38,926 bases of DNA, taken from NCBI GenBank assembly GCA_026394815.1, contig JAPLZX010000011.1, forward strand, positions 20,177 through 59,102, read 5' to 3'. Made by a program: the position numbers and the translations under genes. The notes beneath the pieces are model-generated. The model did no database searches and had not been told where the DNA came from. It was given only the letters and a program-made list of their open reading frames with translations. Of the stretch, positions 8,863 to 17,690 are shown piece after piece (the stretch's first letter is position 1; each line of letters begins with the position of its first letter). The DNA is from Candidatus Zambryskiibacteriota bacterium (GTDB taxonomy: Bacteria; Patescibacteriota; Minisyncoccia; Phycocordibacterales; DATDWN01).

Positions 8863-11124
8863 ATGTATTTGAAATCTATAGAGCTTGCGGGTTTTAAAAG
8901 TTTCGCTAAAAAAAGCGAGCTTAATTTTACGTCAAAGATTTCGGCTATTGTTGGGCCAAACGGTTCAGGGAAGTCAAATGTGGCCGAAGCTTTCAGTTTT
9001 GTTTTAGGTGAACAATCAATCAAATCACTTCGCGGGAAAAAAGGTGAGGATTTGATATGGAATGGTTCAAATGACACACCTCGGGCAAATAGGGCCAGCG
9101 TTAAAATAGTTTTTGATAATAGTAGCAAATTTCTACCAATAGATTATGAAACAGTTACCATCGAGAGAGTGGTGCATCGCGATTCTGTAAATGAATATAT
9201 TATAAATGGTTCGCAAGTGCGTCTGCGAGATGTGGTGGAGCTTTTGGCTTCTGCTCACATTGGTTCATCCGGACATCATATTATTTCTCAAGGCGAGGCG
9301 GATAGAATTCTCAATGCGAATATAAAAGAGAGAAAATCTATGATAGAAGATGCTCTGGGTCTTAAGATGTATCAATATAAAAAACAGGAAAGTGAAAGAA
9401 AATTAATCAAAACTCGAGAAAATATAGCTCAAACACAATCTTTGCGTCGTGAAATAATGCCTCATATTCGTTTTTTAAAAAAACAAGTTGAAAAAGTTCA
9501 AAAGACTATTGAATTGAGAGATGACTTACAGAATCAAGCCTTGGAATATTGTAGACGAGAAGATGAATATATAAAACAAACTACAAAAAGAATAGACGAA
9601 GAAAAATCACCTTTACTTACCAAAGAAAAAGAACTAATTAAAGAACTTAATGAAGCAAAAGCAGTACTTGAGGGAGCAAAACATAGAGACGCTACCTCCG
9701 AAGAACTTATAACACTTGAGCAAGATTTACATAAAACCAGAGACGAGAAAGATAATCTATTTCGCGAGGTTGGGAAACTTGACGGTGAGATTTCTTCACT
9801 TGTCAGAATGGTTAAAAAACAAGAAGAGTTAGCTTTTTCATTGGAACACAAAACAATCACCCTGGTCTCTGTGGAAACACTATCAACGCAAATAGAAACA
9901 AAAATCAAAGAGGCCAAAAAGATTGGAGACATAGAAACTCTTTTAAAAACATTGGATGAAGTGGGGGAATTACTTTCCAGATTTATAGACAAAAACAAAA
10001 GTAAAGTAGACATGTCACTTCTAACAGAAGCCCAAAAAGACATAGAAAATTTAAAAGAATCAAAAAAACAAATAGAAGAATCTCTCGGTAAAATAAAAAA
10101 CAAAGAAAGCGAACTATCATTTCAATATACGGCATTACAAAATAAAATAGAAAAAGAAAAAGATTCAAATCGTGATGCAGAAAAAGCCGTTTTTCGTGTC
10201 ATGGCGGAATCGCAAGAAGTTCGTTCCAAATTACACACTCTGGCAGTAGAGGAGGAAACATTACGTCTAATTCGTGAAGATTTTAAAAGAGAACTTACAG
10301 AATTAGGTATGTTACTTGGCACCCATATTTTACAATTCCAATCTCTCTCTTTTGATTTTAATGAGCCAAGAAATGTGCAGGAAGAACGTCGTCGCAAAAT
10401 AGAAAAAATAAAAATCCGTTTGGAGGATGCTGGTGGCGCAGGGGAGACTGATGTTCTAAAGGAATATACAGAAGTAAGCGAGAGAGATGCTTTTTTAGAA
10501 AAAGAGCTGGCCGATTTAGAAAAATCAGCAGAATCTCTAACAGAACTTATTACGGATTTAGATTTACGTCTTTCTACAGAATTTAAAAATGGAGTTGATA
10601 AAATAAATATACAATTTAAAGAATATTTTGCTGTTATGTTTGGTGGTGGTGAGGCAAAACTTAATGTTGTAAAACCAGAGAAGAAAAACAATATTGATGA
10701 ATCAGTGTTATTTAATGACGAAAGCGAATTGGATTTTGCCGGAGGTACTGACGGTAAGGCCGAAGGCTACGACGGTATAGACATAGAAGTGAATCTTCCA
10801 AAGAAAAAAATAAAAGGCTTAATGATGCTCTCGGGAGGAGAAAGAGCTTTGACTTCTATCGCCCTGCTTTTTGCAATCTCCCAAGTTAACCCTCCGCCAT
10901 TTATCGTTTTGGACGAAACGGATGCAGCATTGGATGAGGCAAATTCAAAAAAATATAGCGATATGATAGAAAATCTTTCGAAATATTCTCAACTTATTTT
11001 AATTACTCATAACAGAGAGACAATGTCTCGTGCCGGGATTCTTTACGGTGTCACTATGGGAATGGGAGGCAGTTCAAAACTTTTGTCGGTGGCATTTGAG
11101 GAAGCAGTCACAATAGCCAAATAA
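8863..11124 (+). CDS. smc: SMC-family chromosome segregation ATPase (short, 753 aa)
   Basis: GFKSF, Walker A GPNGSGKSN, IISQG Q-loop, LSGGE signature, LDETDAALD, ITH; coiled coil in between. Confidence 0.92.
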   Translation: MYLKSIELAGFKSFAKKSELNFTSKISAIVGPNGSGKSNVAEAFSFVLGEQSIKSLRGKKGEDLIWNGSNDTPRANRASVKIVFDNSSKFLPIDYETVTIERVVHRDSVNEYIINGSQVRLRDVVELLASAHIGSSGHHIISQGEADRILNANIKERKSMIEDALGLKMYQYKKQESERKLIKTRENIAQTQSLRREIMPHIRFLKKQVEKVQKTIELRDDLQNQALEYCRREDEYIKQTTKRIDEEKSPLLTKEKELIKELNEAKAVLEGAKHRDATSEELITLEQDLHKTRDEKDNLFREVGKLDGEISSLVRMVKKQEELAFSLEHKTITLVSVETLSTQIETKIKEAKKIGDIETLLKTLDEVGELLSRFIDKNKSKVDMSLLTEAQKDIENLKESKKQIEESLGKIKNKESELSFQYTALQNKIEKEKDSNRDAEKAVFRVMAESQEVRSKLHTLAVEEETLRLIREDFKRELTELGMLLGTHILQFQSLSFDFNEPRNVQEERRRKIEKIKIRLEDAGGAGETDVLKEYTEVSERDAFLEKELADLEKSAESLTELITDLDLRLSTEFKNGVDKINIQFKEYFAVMFGGGEAKLNVVKPEKKNNIDESVLFNDESELDFAGGTDGKAEGYDGIDIEVNLPKKKIKGLMMLSGGERALTSIALLFAISQVNPPPFIVLDETDAALDEANSKKYSDMIENLSKYSQLILITHNRETMSRAGILYGVTMGMGGSSKLLSVAFEEAVTIAK

Positions 11125-11131
11125 ACAGAAT

Positions 11132-11163
11132 CCCCATCGCGCGCTCAAATGCTCGCGATGGGG
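11132..11163. terminator. GC-rich hairpin between convergent smc and cassette 3
   Basis: CCCCATCGCG ... CGCGATGGGG perfect 10-bp stem. Confidence 0.7.
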
Positions 11164-11167
11164 CTGG

Positions 11168-11575
11168 TCATCTCACGTCTTCGATTGTGAGGTAAGAACC
11201 GAGTTCCGTCAGTTTTCCCCCGGGGTGTGGGGTTGTCAGTGCCTTGAACCTGATGCGTTTAGCATATTCCAGGTTAGGGACTGATTCCCACCTTCCGGTG
11301 AAGTGGACGCCGTGCCAAATGTCCACACACCAACTTCGTTTCTGTGAGTACCCGGTCTTGGATACCCACAGGCGAAAGAACCCAATGTGTTGTTCACCCC
11401 GGTCAATAGACAAATCACCACACTCAGAGATTTCCATGGCGGTTTCTCTGATTCTGGCGACTGCTGTCGACCGTGAGATGAGGGGCAGAACGACCTGCCA
11501 CTTTTCTTGCAGAATCTCGGTTGAGAGCAATGGCATCACACGAAACGGCCATTGCAATATCCTAGCAACAGGCAT
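11168..11575 (-). CDS. Cassette 3: 135-aa hypothetical protein
   Basis: Minus strand reads TATAGT-atat-AAGGAGGTG-tcac-ATG; spot count 33/60 GC in 11281-11340. Confidence 0.75.
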   Translation of the reverse strand: MPVARILQWPFRVMPLLSTEILQEKWQVVLPLISRSTAVARIRETAMEISECGDLSIDRGEQHIGFFRLWVSKTGYSQKRSWCVDIWHGVHFTGRWESVPNLEYAKRIRFKALTTPHPGGKLTELGSYLTIEDVR

Positions 11576-11579
11576 GTGA

Positions 11580-11598
11580 CACCTCCTTATATACTATA
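11580..11598 (-). promoter_or_regulatory. -10 box and strong SD of cassette 3
   Basis: TATAGT (11598-11593) and AAGGAGGTG (11588-11580) on the minus strand; -35 weak. Confidence 0.6.
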
Positions 11599-11613
11599 CA
11601 ACATTATTTAGAC

Positions 11614-13563
11614 TTAATCCAGTAGTTTGTAATCTAGGACTCTTTTTTCCATATCTGCGGAAATTACTTTAAATCGGACAGAGTTACCTAAAGTAAATTT
11701 GCGTCCAGTTTTTTCTCCTTTCAGGGTGTAGTTTTTTTCATCCAAAACATAATAATCATCATCAATATCACGAATTTTTACCATTCCCTCACACTTTGTT
11801 TCTTTCTCTTCTATGTATATGCCCCATTCTGTTACACCGGTTATTATGCCGTCAAATTCTTCGCCGATATGTCCCGTCATATATTCAACCTGTTTATATT
11901 TTATACTTGCTCTTTCTGCATCGGATGCTTTTTTCTCCAGTTCAGACGAAGCCAGACAAATACTTTCAAATTTTTGATACTCGTTTTGTTCTATTTTTCC
12001 ACCTTTTAATTCTCGCTCAAGAAAACGGTGTACTAACAAATCAGGATATCTACGAATTGGGGAAGTAAAATGGGTGTAATAGGTAAAAGCCAAACCAAAA
12101 TGTCCAATATTTTTTGTGGAGTAAACTGCTTTTGCCATACTGCGGATTGTAGCTGTTTTTATGAGTTCTTCATTTGGTGTGCCCTCCACTTCCTTAAGAA
12201 GAGCATTTATATCTTTTGATGTGACAACTCCATTTTTGTTTTTTAATTCAAAACCCAGGGCTTTTAAAAATATAGCCAAATTTTCTATTCTTTCTGGGTC
12301 TGGGTTTGCGTGGATTCTGTACACAGACTGAGAACCTTTTTTGCGTATATCTTTGTTTTGTGAAAGAAAAACAAATTTTGCCACAGCTCGGTTTGCCAGT
12401 AACATAAATTCCTCCACTAACTTATGTGTAGCCAAACGACTTTTTTTATATACTCGGATTGGCTTTCCGTTTTTATCCAACTCAAATTTTACTTCTTCGG
12501 TTTCAAAATCAATTGCACCTCCGTAAAATTTTTTCTTTTCTAATTTTTGAGCAATTTCTTTTAATTTACGAAGTTCTGTCTGATGCGGGCCATTTTTTTT
12601 GCCATCTATTATTTCTTGTGCTTCTTCATAGGAAAATCGTTTATCACTTTGTATTACTGTACGACCAAACCATTCCTTCAAAACATTTCCTTCTGCTGTT
12701 ATTGTAAATACAGCAGAAAATGTAAATTTATCTTCATTTGGATTTAAAGAACAAAGGTCATTGGACAAAATCTCCGGAAGCATTGGTATTGTGCGGTCTA
12801 CAAGATAAACAGACAGTCCGCGCTTTTCAGATTCATGGTCAAGTTTTGTGTTTGGTGTGACAAAATAAGAAACATCGGCAATATGTATTCCAACTTCGTA
12901 TTTATTATTTCCTAAATCGACAAATGAAATTGCATCATCAAAATCTTTTGCATCACTCGGATCAATAGTCATAGTTGTAACATTTCTCATGTCACGACGA
13001 TTTTTTATTTCGGCTTCAAAATTATTTTTATATTCATTTTTTATTTTCTCTGCTTCATTTTGTACTTCAATAGGGAATTCGATACGAAAGCCTTTTTCCA
13101 AAACAATTGATTCCATTTCTGTATTATTTTCACCTTTTTTACCTATGACTTTAATAAGCTTGCCTTGGAGACTTTTTGATTCCCAATCAACAATTTTTAC
13201 TAAAACTTTATTTCCTTCAGTTACCTTTGTTTCTTTTGGTAGGAAAATATCAACATATAATCTTTTATCATCTGGAATTATAAATGTGCTGCCTTTATGT
13301 TTTTCTACAACACCAACAAACTCTGTTTTCGCTCTTTTTATTATTTTATTAACTTTGCCCTGTTCTCTGTTTCTGATTTTTTTTCCAGTTTTTGAGATTT
13401 CTACGATATCACCATTAAAAGCTCGATTAATATATTGTGGTTGTATTTCTATACTATCTTTATTGGGAGTACCTGCCTGCACGGGTAGGTCAAAAAAACC
13501 AACACCTTTTGTGTTGATACTAATGGGTCCAATCAAGGCCTTTCTCTTCTCAACGTCTTTCAT
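11614..13563 (-). CDS. rnr: Ribonuclease R
   Basis: TIDPSDAKDFDDAIS, VGIHIADVS, VEEFMLLAN, GHFGLA, YTHFTSPIRRYPDL; C-terminal S1 domain. Confidence 0.96.
   Translation of the reverse strand: MKDVEKRKALIGPISINTKGVGFFDLPVQAGTPNKDSIEIQPQYINRAFNGDIVEISKTGKKIRNREQGKVNKIIKRAKTEFVGVVEKHKGSTFIIPDDKRLYVDIFLPKETKVTEGNKVLVKIVDWESKSLQGKLIKVIGKKGENNTEMESIVLEKGFRIEFPIEVQNEAEKIKNEYKNNFEAEIKNRRDMRNVTTMTIDPSDAKDFDDAISFVDLGNNKYEVGIHIADVSYFVTPNTKLDHESEKRGLSVYLVDRTIPMLPEILSNDLCSLNPNEDKFTFSAVFTITAEGNVLKEWFGRTVIQSDKRFSYEEAQEIIDGKKNGPHQTELRKLKEIAQKLEKKKFYGGAIDFETEEVKFELDKNGKPIRVYKKSRLATHKLVEEFMLLANRAVAKFVFLSQNKDIRKKGSQSVYRIHANPDPERIENLAIFLKALGFELKNKNGVVTSKDINALLKEVEGTPNEELIKTATIRSMAKAVYSTKNIGHFGLAFTYYTHFTSPIRRYPDLLVHRFLERELKGGKIEQNEYQKFESICLASSELEKKASDAERASIKYKQVEYMTGHIGEEFDGIITGVTEWGIYIEEKETKCEGMVKIRDIDDDYYVLDEKNYTLKGEKTGRKFTLGNSVRFKVISADMEKRVLDYKLLD
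13471..13490. repeat. GC-rich 20-bp imperfect palindrome in frame within rnr
   Basis: ACCTGCCTGCACGGGTAGGT, encoding (D)LPVQAG. Confidence 0.65.
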
Positions 13564-13581
13564 GGTGGTATTGTAGCATAT

Positions 13582-13644
13582 TTGTCTTGATGGTAGAAAG
13601 TGTTATAATTGCGCCAGATTAGTAATCCCGATGAGAGGAGGTGA
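13582..13644 (+). promoter_or_regulatory. Promoter and strong SD of cassette 4
   Basis: TTGTCT (13582-13587), TGT-TATAAT (13604-13609), SD AGGAGGTGA (13636-13644). Confidence 0.7.
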
Positions 13645-13650
13645 GAAAAA

Positions 13651-13878
13651 ATGAAGAAACACAGGATGGAACTGCTCGAAGTGGCGCAGGCTCTTCTAAA
13701 ACTGGATATCAACAGTCCCCCTGAAGAAATCCAGAACCTAATCGAAGATGGTCATTTCCATCTAAAGTGGTTAAGGAGCGATCCCTGCAATGTAATCCAG
13801 ACACACGCCCTTGACCAAAGGATAAGAAGAGCCGAGTTTCTACTTGAGCAGAAAGAAGCAGTGAGTCAGAGGAGATAA
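13651..13878 (+). CDS. Cassette 4: 75-aa hypothetical helical protein
   Basis: ATG 6 nt after AGGAGGTGA; raised GC; own downstream hairpin. Confidence 0.75.
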   Translation: MKKHRMELLEVAQALLKLDINSPPEEIQNLIEDGHFHLKWLRSDPCNVIQTHALDQRIRRAEFLLEQKEAVSQRR

Positions 13879-13907
13879 GGGGGGACACATGTCACTCCGT
13901 CGTCGGG

Positions 13908-13954
13908 AAAAGTGTTCGTGCAGTCCTGTGGGACATAAGTCGCGAACACTTTTT
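13908..13954 (+). terminator. Intrinsic terminator of cassette 4
   Basis: AAAAGTGTTCGTG ... CGCGAACACTTTT(T) with inner GTCC-TGTG-GGAC stem. Confidence 0.75.
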
Positions 13955-13970
13955 GTTGTTAAAAAATGTG

Positions 13971-13999
13971 TTGACTCAAGGGTAATGTTTTGTTACTAT
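13971..13999 (+). promoter_or_regulatory. sigma70 promoter of rpsP (leaderless geometry)
   Basis: TTGACT, 17 nt, TGT-TACTAT, then ATG 7 nt downstream. Confidence 0.75.
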
Positions 14000-14006
14000 G
14001 TGGAAC

Positions 14007-14420
14007 ATGTTAAAAATAAGATTACAAAGAGTAGGAAGAAAACACGAGCCAACATTTCGGTTGGTTTTAACTGATTCAAAAAATTCTACTAAAAGCGGTA
14101 GATATCTAGAGAATCTTGGTAATTATGATTCTAGACATGGAGAGACCTCTAATTTTAAAACAGACAGAATTACACATTGGATGTCAAAAGGGGCTCAAGT
14201 TTCCGCTACAGTTCACAATATGCTTGTAAGTAAAAAAATAATTGAGGGTAAAAAAATTAATGTTCTACCACTCAAAAAACCTGTTATTAAAGAAGCAAAA
14301 AAAGAAACACCTGTTAAAACAGAAATTCCAGAAGATATTAAAGAAGAAATAGTAGAAGAAGTCCCTGCAGAAGAATTAACTCCTACCACAGAAAAATCAG
14401 TGGAGGAAATTGCCCAATAG
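14007..14420 (+). CDS. rpsP: 30S ribosomal protein S16 with acidic C-terminal extension
   Basis: MLKIRLQRVGRK...GRYLENLGNYD...WMSKGAQVSATV. Confidence 0.96.
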   Translation: MLKIRLQRVGRKHEPTFRLVLTDSKNSTKSGRYLENLGNYDSRHGETSNFKTDRITHWMSKGAQVSATVHNMLVSKKIIEGKKINVLPLKKPVIKEAKKETPVKTEIPEDIKEEIVEEVPAEELTPTTEKSVEEIAQ

Positions 14421-14495
14421 ATTTATTTGACTATATTTGGTTTTGGCTGGTATAATAGTACTGTATTCTTTTACAATTAATCGATAGAATTCATC

Positions 14496-14810
14496 ATGGA
14501 AAACGACGTAAAATTTTTAGATTTTGTGGTTAAATCATTGGTTGAGCATCCTGAGGACGTGAAGATAACAAGAACGGTGGATGAGATGGGAGTGCTTATG
14601 AATTTAGATGTTCATAAAGATGATATGGGTAAAATAATTGGTCGTGAAGGAAACACAGCAAAAGCCATTAGAACATTACTCCGTGTTGTTGGAATGAAAA
14701 ATAACTCTCGAGTAAATTTGAAAATCAATGAGCCTGCTGGAAGTATGCCAGAGGTTAAAGCGGGAGCGACAAAGTCCCTAGACGATGCAATGGCTGATTT
14801 GAAGATATAA
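14496..14810 (+). CDS. khpA: KH-domain RNA-binding protein (KhpA/YlqC family)
   Basis: VKSLVEHPEDV...DMGKIIGREGNTAKAIRTLL; rpsP-KH-trmD context; promoter TTGACT 14427 / TATAAT 14451. Confidence 0.9.
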   Translation: MENDVKFLDFVVKSLVEHPEDVKITRTVDEMGVLMNLDVHKDDMGKIIGREGNTAKAIRTLLRVVGMKNNSRVNLKINEPAGSMPEVKAGATKSLDDAMADLKI

Positions 14811-14827
14811 ATTCTAAATCTAGTAAA

Positions 14828-14869
14828 AAATAAAAAACTGTGGTATAGTATTGCCACAGTTTTTTATTT
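14828..14869. terminator. Long inverted repeat between khpA and trmD
   Basis: AAATAAAAAACTGTGG ... CCACAGTTTTTTATTT, a 16-bp perfect stem. Confidence 0.7.
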
Positions 14870-14874
14870 ATAAC

Positions 14875-15528
14875 ATGAATTTTCATATAATAAGTTTATT
14901 TCCAACCGCCTTTGACTCATATTTAAATGAGTCTATTATTGCTCGAGCCATAAAAGATAAAAAAATTAAAGTTAATTTTTATAATCCTCGTGATTTTTCT
15001 GATGATAAATGGAAAAGAGTGGACCAAAAGCCTTACAGTGGCGGTCCTGGAATGGTCATTCAAGCCTTGCCAACCGTCAAAGCAATTGAAAAAGCTCTGA
15101 CAAAAATAAAGAAAAACAAGAAAGCAAAAGCAAAAATCATTTTCTTTTCTCCAGGTGGAAAACAATTTACAACGGATTACGCAAAAAAAACAACAAAAAA
15201 ATACTCCGATATTATTTTTATCTGCGGAAGATATGAAGGTATAGACGCTAGAATAAAAAAGATATTCAAAATGGAAGATATTTCAGTCGGCCCTTTTGTT
15301 TTGACTGGAGGTGAATTGCCGGCAATGATTGTTTTGGATTGTATTTCCAGACAAATAGAAGGAGTGCTTGGTAATTTTGATTCTCTTGAGGAATCTCGTG
15401 TTTCAAGTCATGATGTTTATACTAGACCGGAAGTTTTTAAATATAAAGGCAAAAATTATCGCGTGCCTAAGGTTCTTCTCTCTGGTAATCATAAAAAAAT
15501 AGAAGATTGGAAAACAAAAAAAAGATAA
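14875..15528 (+). CDS. trmD: tRNA (guanine-N1)-methyltransferase
   Basis: MNFHIISLFP, VDQKPYSGGPGMV, CGRYEGIDAR, SVGPFVLTGGE, YTRP, VPKVLLSGNH. Confidence 0.96.
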   Translation: MNFHIISLFPTAFDSYLNESIIARAIKDKKIKVNFYNPRDFSDDKWKRVDQKPYSGGPGMVIQALPTVKAIEKALTKIKKNKKAKAKIIFFSPGGKQFTTDYAKKTTKKYSDIIFICGRYEGIDARIKKIFKMEDISVGPFVLTGGELPAMIVLDCISRQIEGVLGNFDSLEESRVSSHDVYTRPEVFKYKGKNYRVPKVLLSGNHKKIEDWKTKKR

Positions 15529-15568
15529 AAATTTGCACATTGCGAATTTTTTGTTACACTATATCTCT

Positions 15569-16342
15569 ATGAATATTATTGACGTAAAGAATGTCTCAAA
15601 AAATTTTGGGGAAGTGAAAGCAGTAGACAACATTTCTTTTTCTGTAGAAACAGCTTTCCTTGGTCCTAATGGTGCCGGCAAAACAACAACTATCAAAATG
15701 CTTACCACACTTCTTCCGCCGTCTAAGGGTTCAATTATTCTAAACAATCACAATGTTATCCTAGAACCTGATGCAACTCGTCATTCTTTCGGTATTGTTT
15801 TTCAAGACCCATCCATTGATACAGAACTTACAGCCTATGAAAATATGGAATTTCACGCTGTACTTTATAGTATGAAGTCTACACTTTATAAACCCCGAAT
15901 ACAGGAACTTTTGGAACTTGTTGACCTTTGGGATCGTAAAGATAGTTTGACCAAAGAGTTCTCTGGTGGGATGAAACGTCGTCTTGAAATTGCTCGTGGG
16001 CTTTTGCATCATCCAAAAGTTTTGTTTCTTGATGAACCGACACTGGGACTTGACCCTCAAACTCGCAATCATATTTGGAGTTATATACAAAATCTCAATA
16101 AAAAAGAAAATCTGACTGTATTTTTCACTACACATTATATGGAAGAGGCCGATAAAGTAGCAGATACGGTTTGCATTATTGATCACGGGAAAATAATTGC
16201 AAATGGAACACCAAATGAATTGAAACAAAAAACAAACTCAAAGACTCTTGAGGATGCCTTTCTTGCTTTAACCGGCAAGAATATTCGCGAAGATTCTGGC
16301 GATAATCAAATGAAAATTACAAATAGAATGTGGAGAAGATAA
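15569..16342 (+). CDS. ABC transporter ATP-binding protein (DrrA-like), apparent ~4-aa deletion before Walker A
   Basis: GPNGAGKTT, FSGGMKRRLEIARG, LFLDEPTLGLDP, TTHYMEEA. Confidence 0.92.
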   Translation: MNIIDVKNVSKNFGEVKAVDNISFSVETAFLGPNGAGKTTTIKMLTTLLPPSKGSIILNNHNVILEPDATRHSFGIVFQDPSIDTELTAYENMEFHAVLYSMKSTLYKPRIQELLELVDLWDRKDSLTKEFSGGMKRRLEIARGLLHHPKVLFLDEPTLGLDPQTRNHIWSYIQNLNKKENLTVFFTTHYMEEADKVADTVCIIDHGKIIANGTPNELKQKTNSKTLEDAFLALTGKNIREDSGDNQMKITNRMWRR

Positions 16343-16352
16343 TAATAAATTT

Positions 16353-17096
16353 ATGTCAACAATTTACATACTTTGGCTTAGACAATTAAAAAGATATGTT
16401 CGCTCAAAACAAAGAATGTTTGCATCTCTTGCACAACCACTTCTTTTTCTAGTGGCTTTTGGTTTTGGTTTTAGTTCAATATTTGCAAAAGCAGGCGGGG
16501 GAAATTACATTGAGTTTCTCGCGCCCGGAATTATTGCTATGAGTGTTATGTTCACTGCGGTTTTTTCTGGTATTGAAATCATTTGGGACAAACAATACGG
16601 ATTTCTCAAAGAAACCTTAGTCGCTCCTGTTTCTAGATTCAATATTATGCTTGGGCGAACGCTTGGTGGTGCTACGGTAGCCTTTATACAAGGTATCATT
16701 GTGCTTATAATCACGCTTTTCATTGGGTTTAAACCAGTTGTTTCGGGAATTTTTTTAGCGATTGTTTTTATGTTTCTTTTGGCACTTTTCTTTACGGCAT
16801 TTGGTACGGCCATTGCATCCAAGCTCGATGATATGCAAGGTTTTCCACTGATTATTAATTTTATTGTAATGCCACTATTTTTTCTCTCTGGCGCTCTATT
16901 TCCTATTGCAGGATTACCAGCAGTATTTGCCGATATTGTAAAACTTAATCCGTTATCATATGCAGTTGATGGTGTTCGTGGGGCTCTAACGGGAATGCAT
17001 ACATTTTCATTTTTTACAGATGGTATTGTGCTCACTCTAATTACACTTGTTTGTTTGTGGATTGGTGCAGAATTATTCAAACGAATACAGGCTTAA
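16353..17096 (+). CDS. ABC-2 type permease (DrrB-like)
   Basis: Several hydrophobic segments; FLAPGI, FLSGALFP and NPLSYAVDG motifs. Confidence 0.92.
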   Translation: MSTIYILWLRQLKRYVRSKQRMFASLAQPLLFLVAFGFGFSSIFAKAGGGNYIEFLAPGIIAMSVMFTAVFSGIEIIWDKQYGFLKETLVAPVSRFNIMLGRTLGGATVAFIQGIIVLIITLFIGFKPVVSGIFLAIVFMFLLALFFTAFGTAIASKLDDMQGFPLIINFIVMPLFFLSGALFPIAGLPAVFADIVKLNPLSYAVDGVRGALTGMHTFSFFTDGIVLTLITLVCLWIGAELFKRIQA

Positions 17097-17117
17097 TTTT
17101 TGCGATAATAAAAACAG

Positions 17118-17152
17118 TAAACCCCGACCTTATATTGCAAAGTCGGGGCTTA
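17118..17152. terminator. Hairpin between convergent ABC permease and cassette 5
   Basis: TAA-A-CCCCGAC ... GTCGGGG-C-TTA. Confidence 0.65.
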
Positions 17153-17617
17153 TGCTGTGCGAGACAGCTCGGCACAGGTTCTTTGGTCGCCGTAATCAAG
17201 GAGACGAACAACTCCATGATGACGACCAAATTGACGTGGGGAAATTGTATCTGGGATACTGCAGGTTTTGAAAGGGGTGGCCGTTCCAAGTTCTTGTATT
17301 GAGATTGGTTCAGCCCTTTCTTGGATGATAACGAACCCAGTAAACCACACTGACATAATTGGCACGACCCTTGAGTCATGTTTGTTCTGCCAGTAATGGC
17401 ATTCTACTCGGTTAGCGATAAGGCCTGCGAAAATATCGCTTACCATCGCTTTACCAAGAGTTTCTCCATATTTTGTAAAAAACCGCTTTCGCAGTTCTCG
17501 ACACAACAGGAGAAATGGAATTCGGAGTATAAAACGGAGAACCCTTATTTTCCCGATTTTATACGCCCTATTGCCGAACACCACCACAAAACGGGTGTTC
17601 CCAAACCTTAGTCTCAT
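17150..17617 (-). CDS. Cassette 5: 155-aa minimal protein-kinase-like fold protein
   Basis: AAAGGAGGT-tttc-ATG start; ordered motifs GNTRFV, AYK, ANRVE, IQERA, DTISPRQFG, LLDYG. Confidence 0.7.
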   Translation of the reverse strand: MRLRFGNTRFVVVFGNRAYKIGKIRVLRFILRIPFLLLCRELRKRFFTKYGETLGKAMVSDIFAGLIANRVECHYWQNKHDSRVVPIMSVWFTGFVIIQERAEPISIQELGTATPFKTCSIPDTISPRQFGRHHGVVRLLDYGDQRTCAELSRTA

Positions 17618-17621
17618 GAAA

Positions 17622-17684
17622 ACCTCCTTTTTTACAATACCACATAAAAAATATTTGTCATCTAGAGTTATTGGCTGATACAAT
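17622..17684. promoter_or_regulatory. Back-to-back divergent promoters of cassette 5 and the Pif1-like helicase
   Basis: Minus: ATGACA (17661-17656), TGG-TATTGT (17639-17634), SD AAGGAGGT. Plus: TTGTCA (17655-17660), TGA-TACAAT (17679-17684). Confidence 0.6.
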
Positions 17685-17690
17685 AGCCTA

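Noticed and set aside
13889-14074. 61-aa ORF after cassette 4
   Set aside because: It runs through a terminator hairpin, the rpsP promoter and the rpsP coding start.
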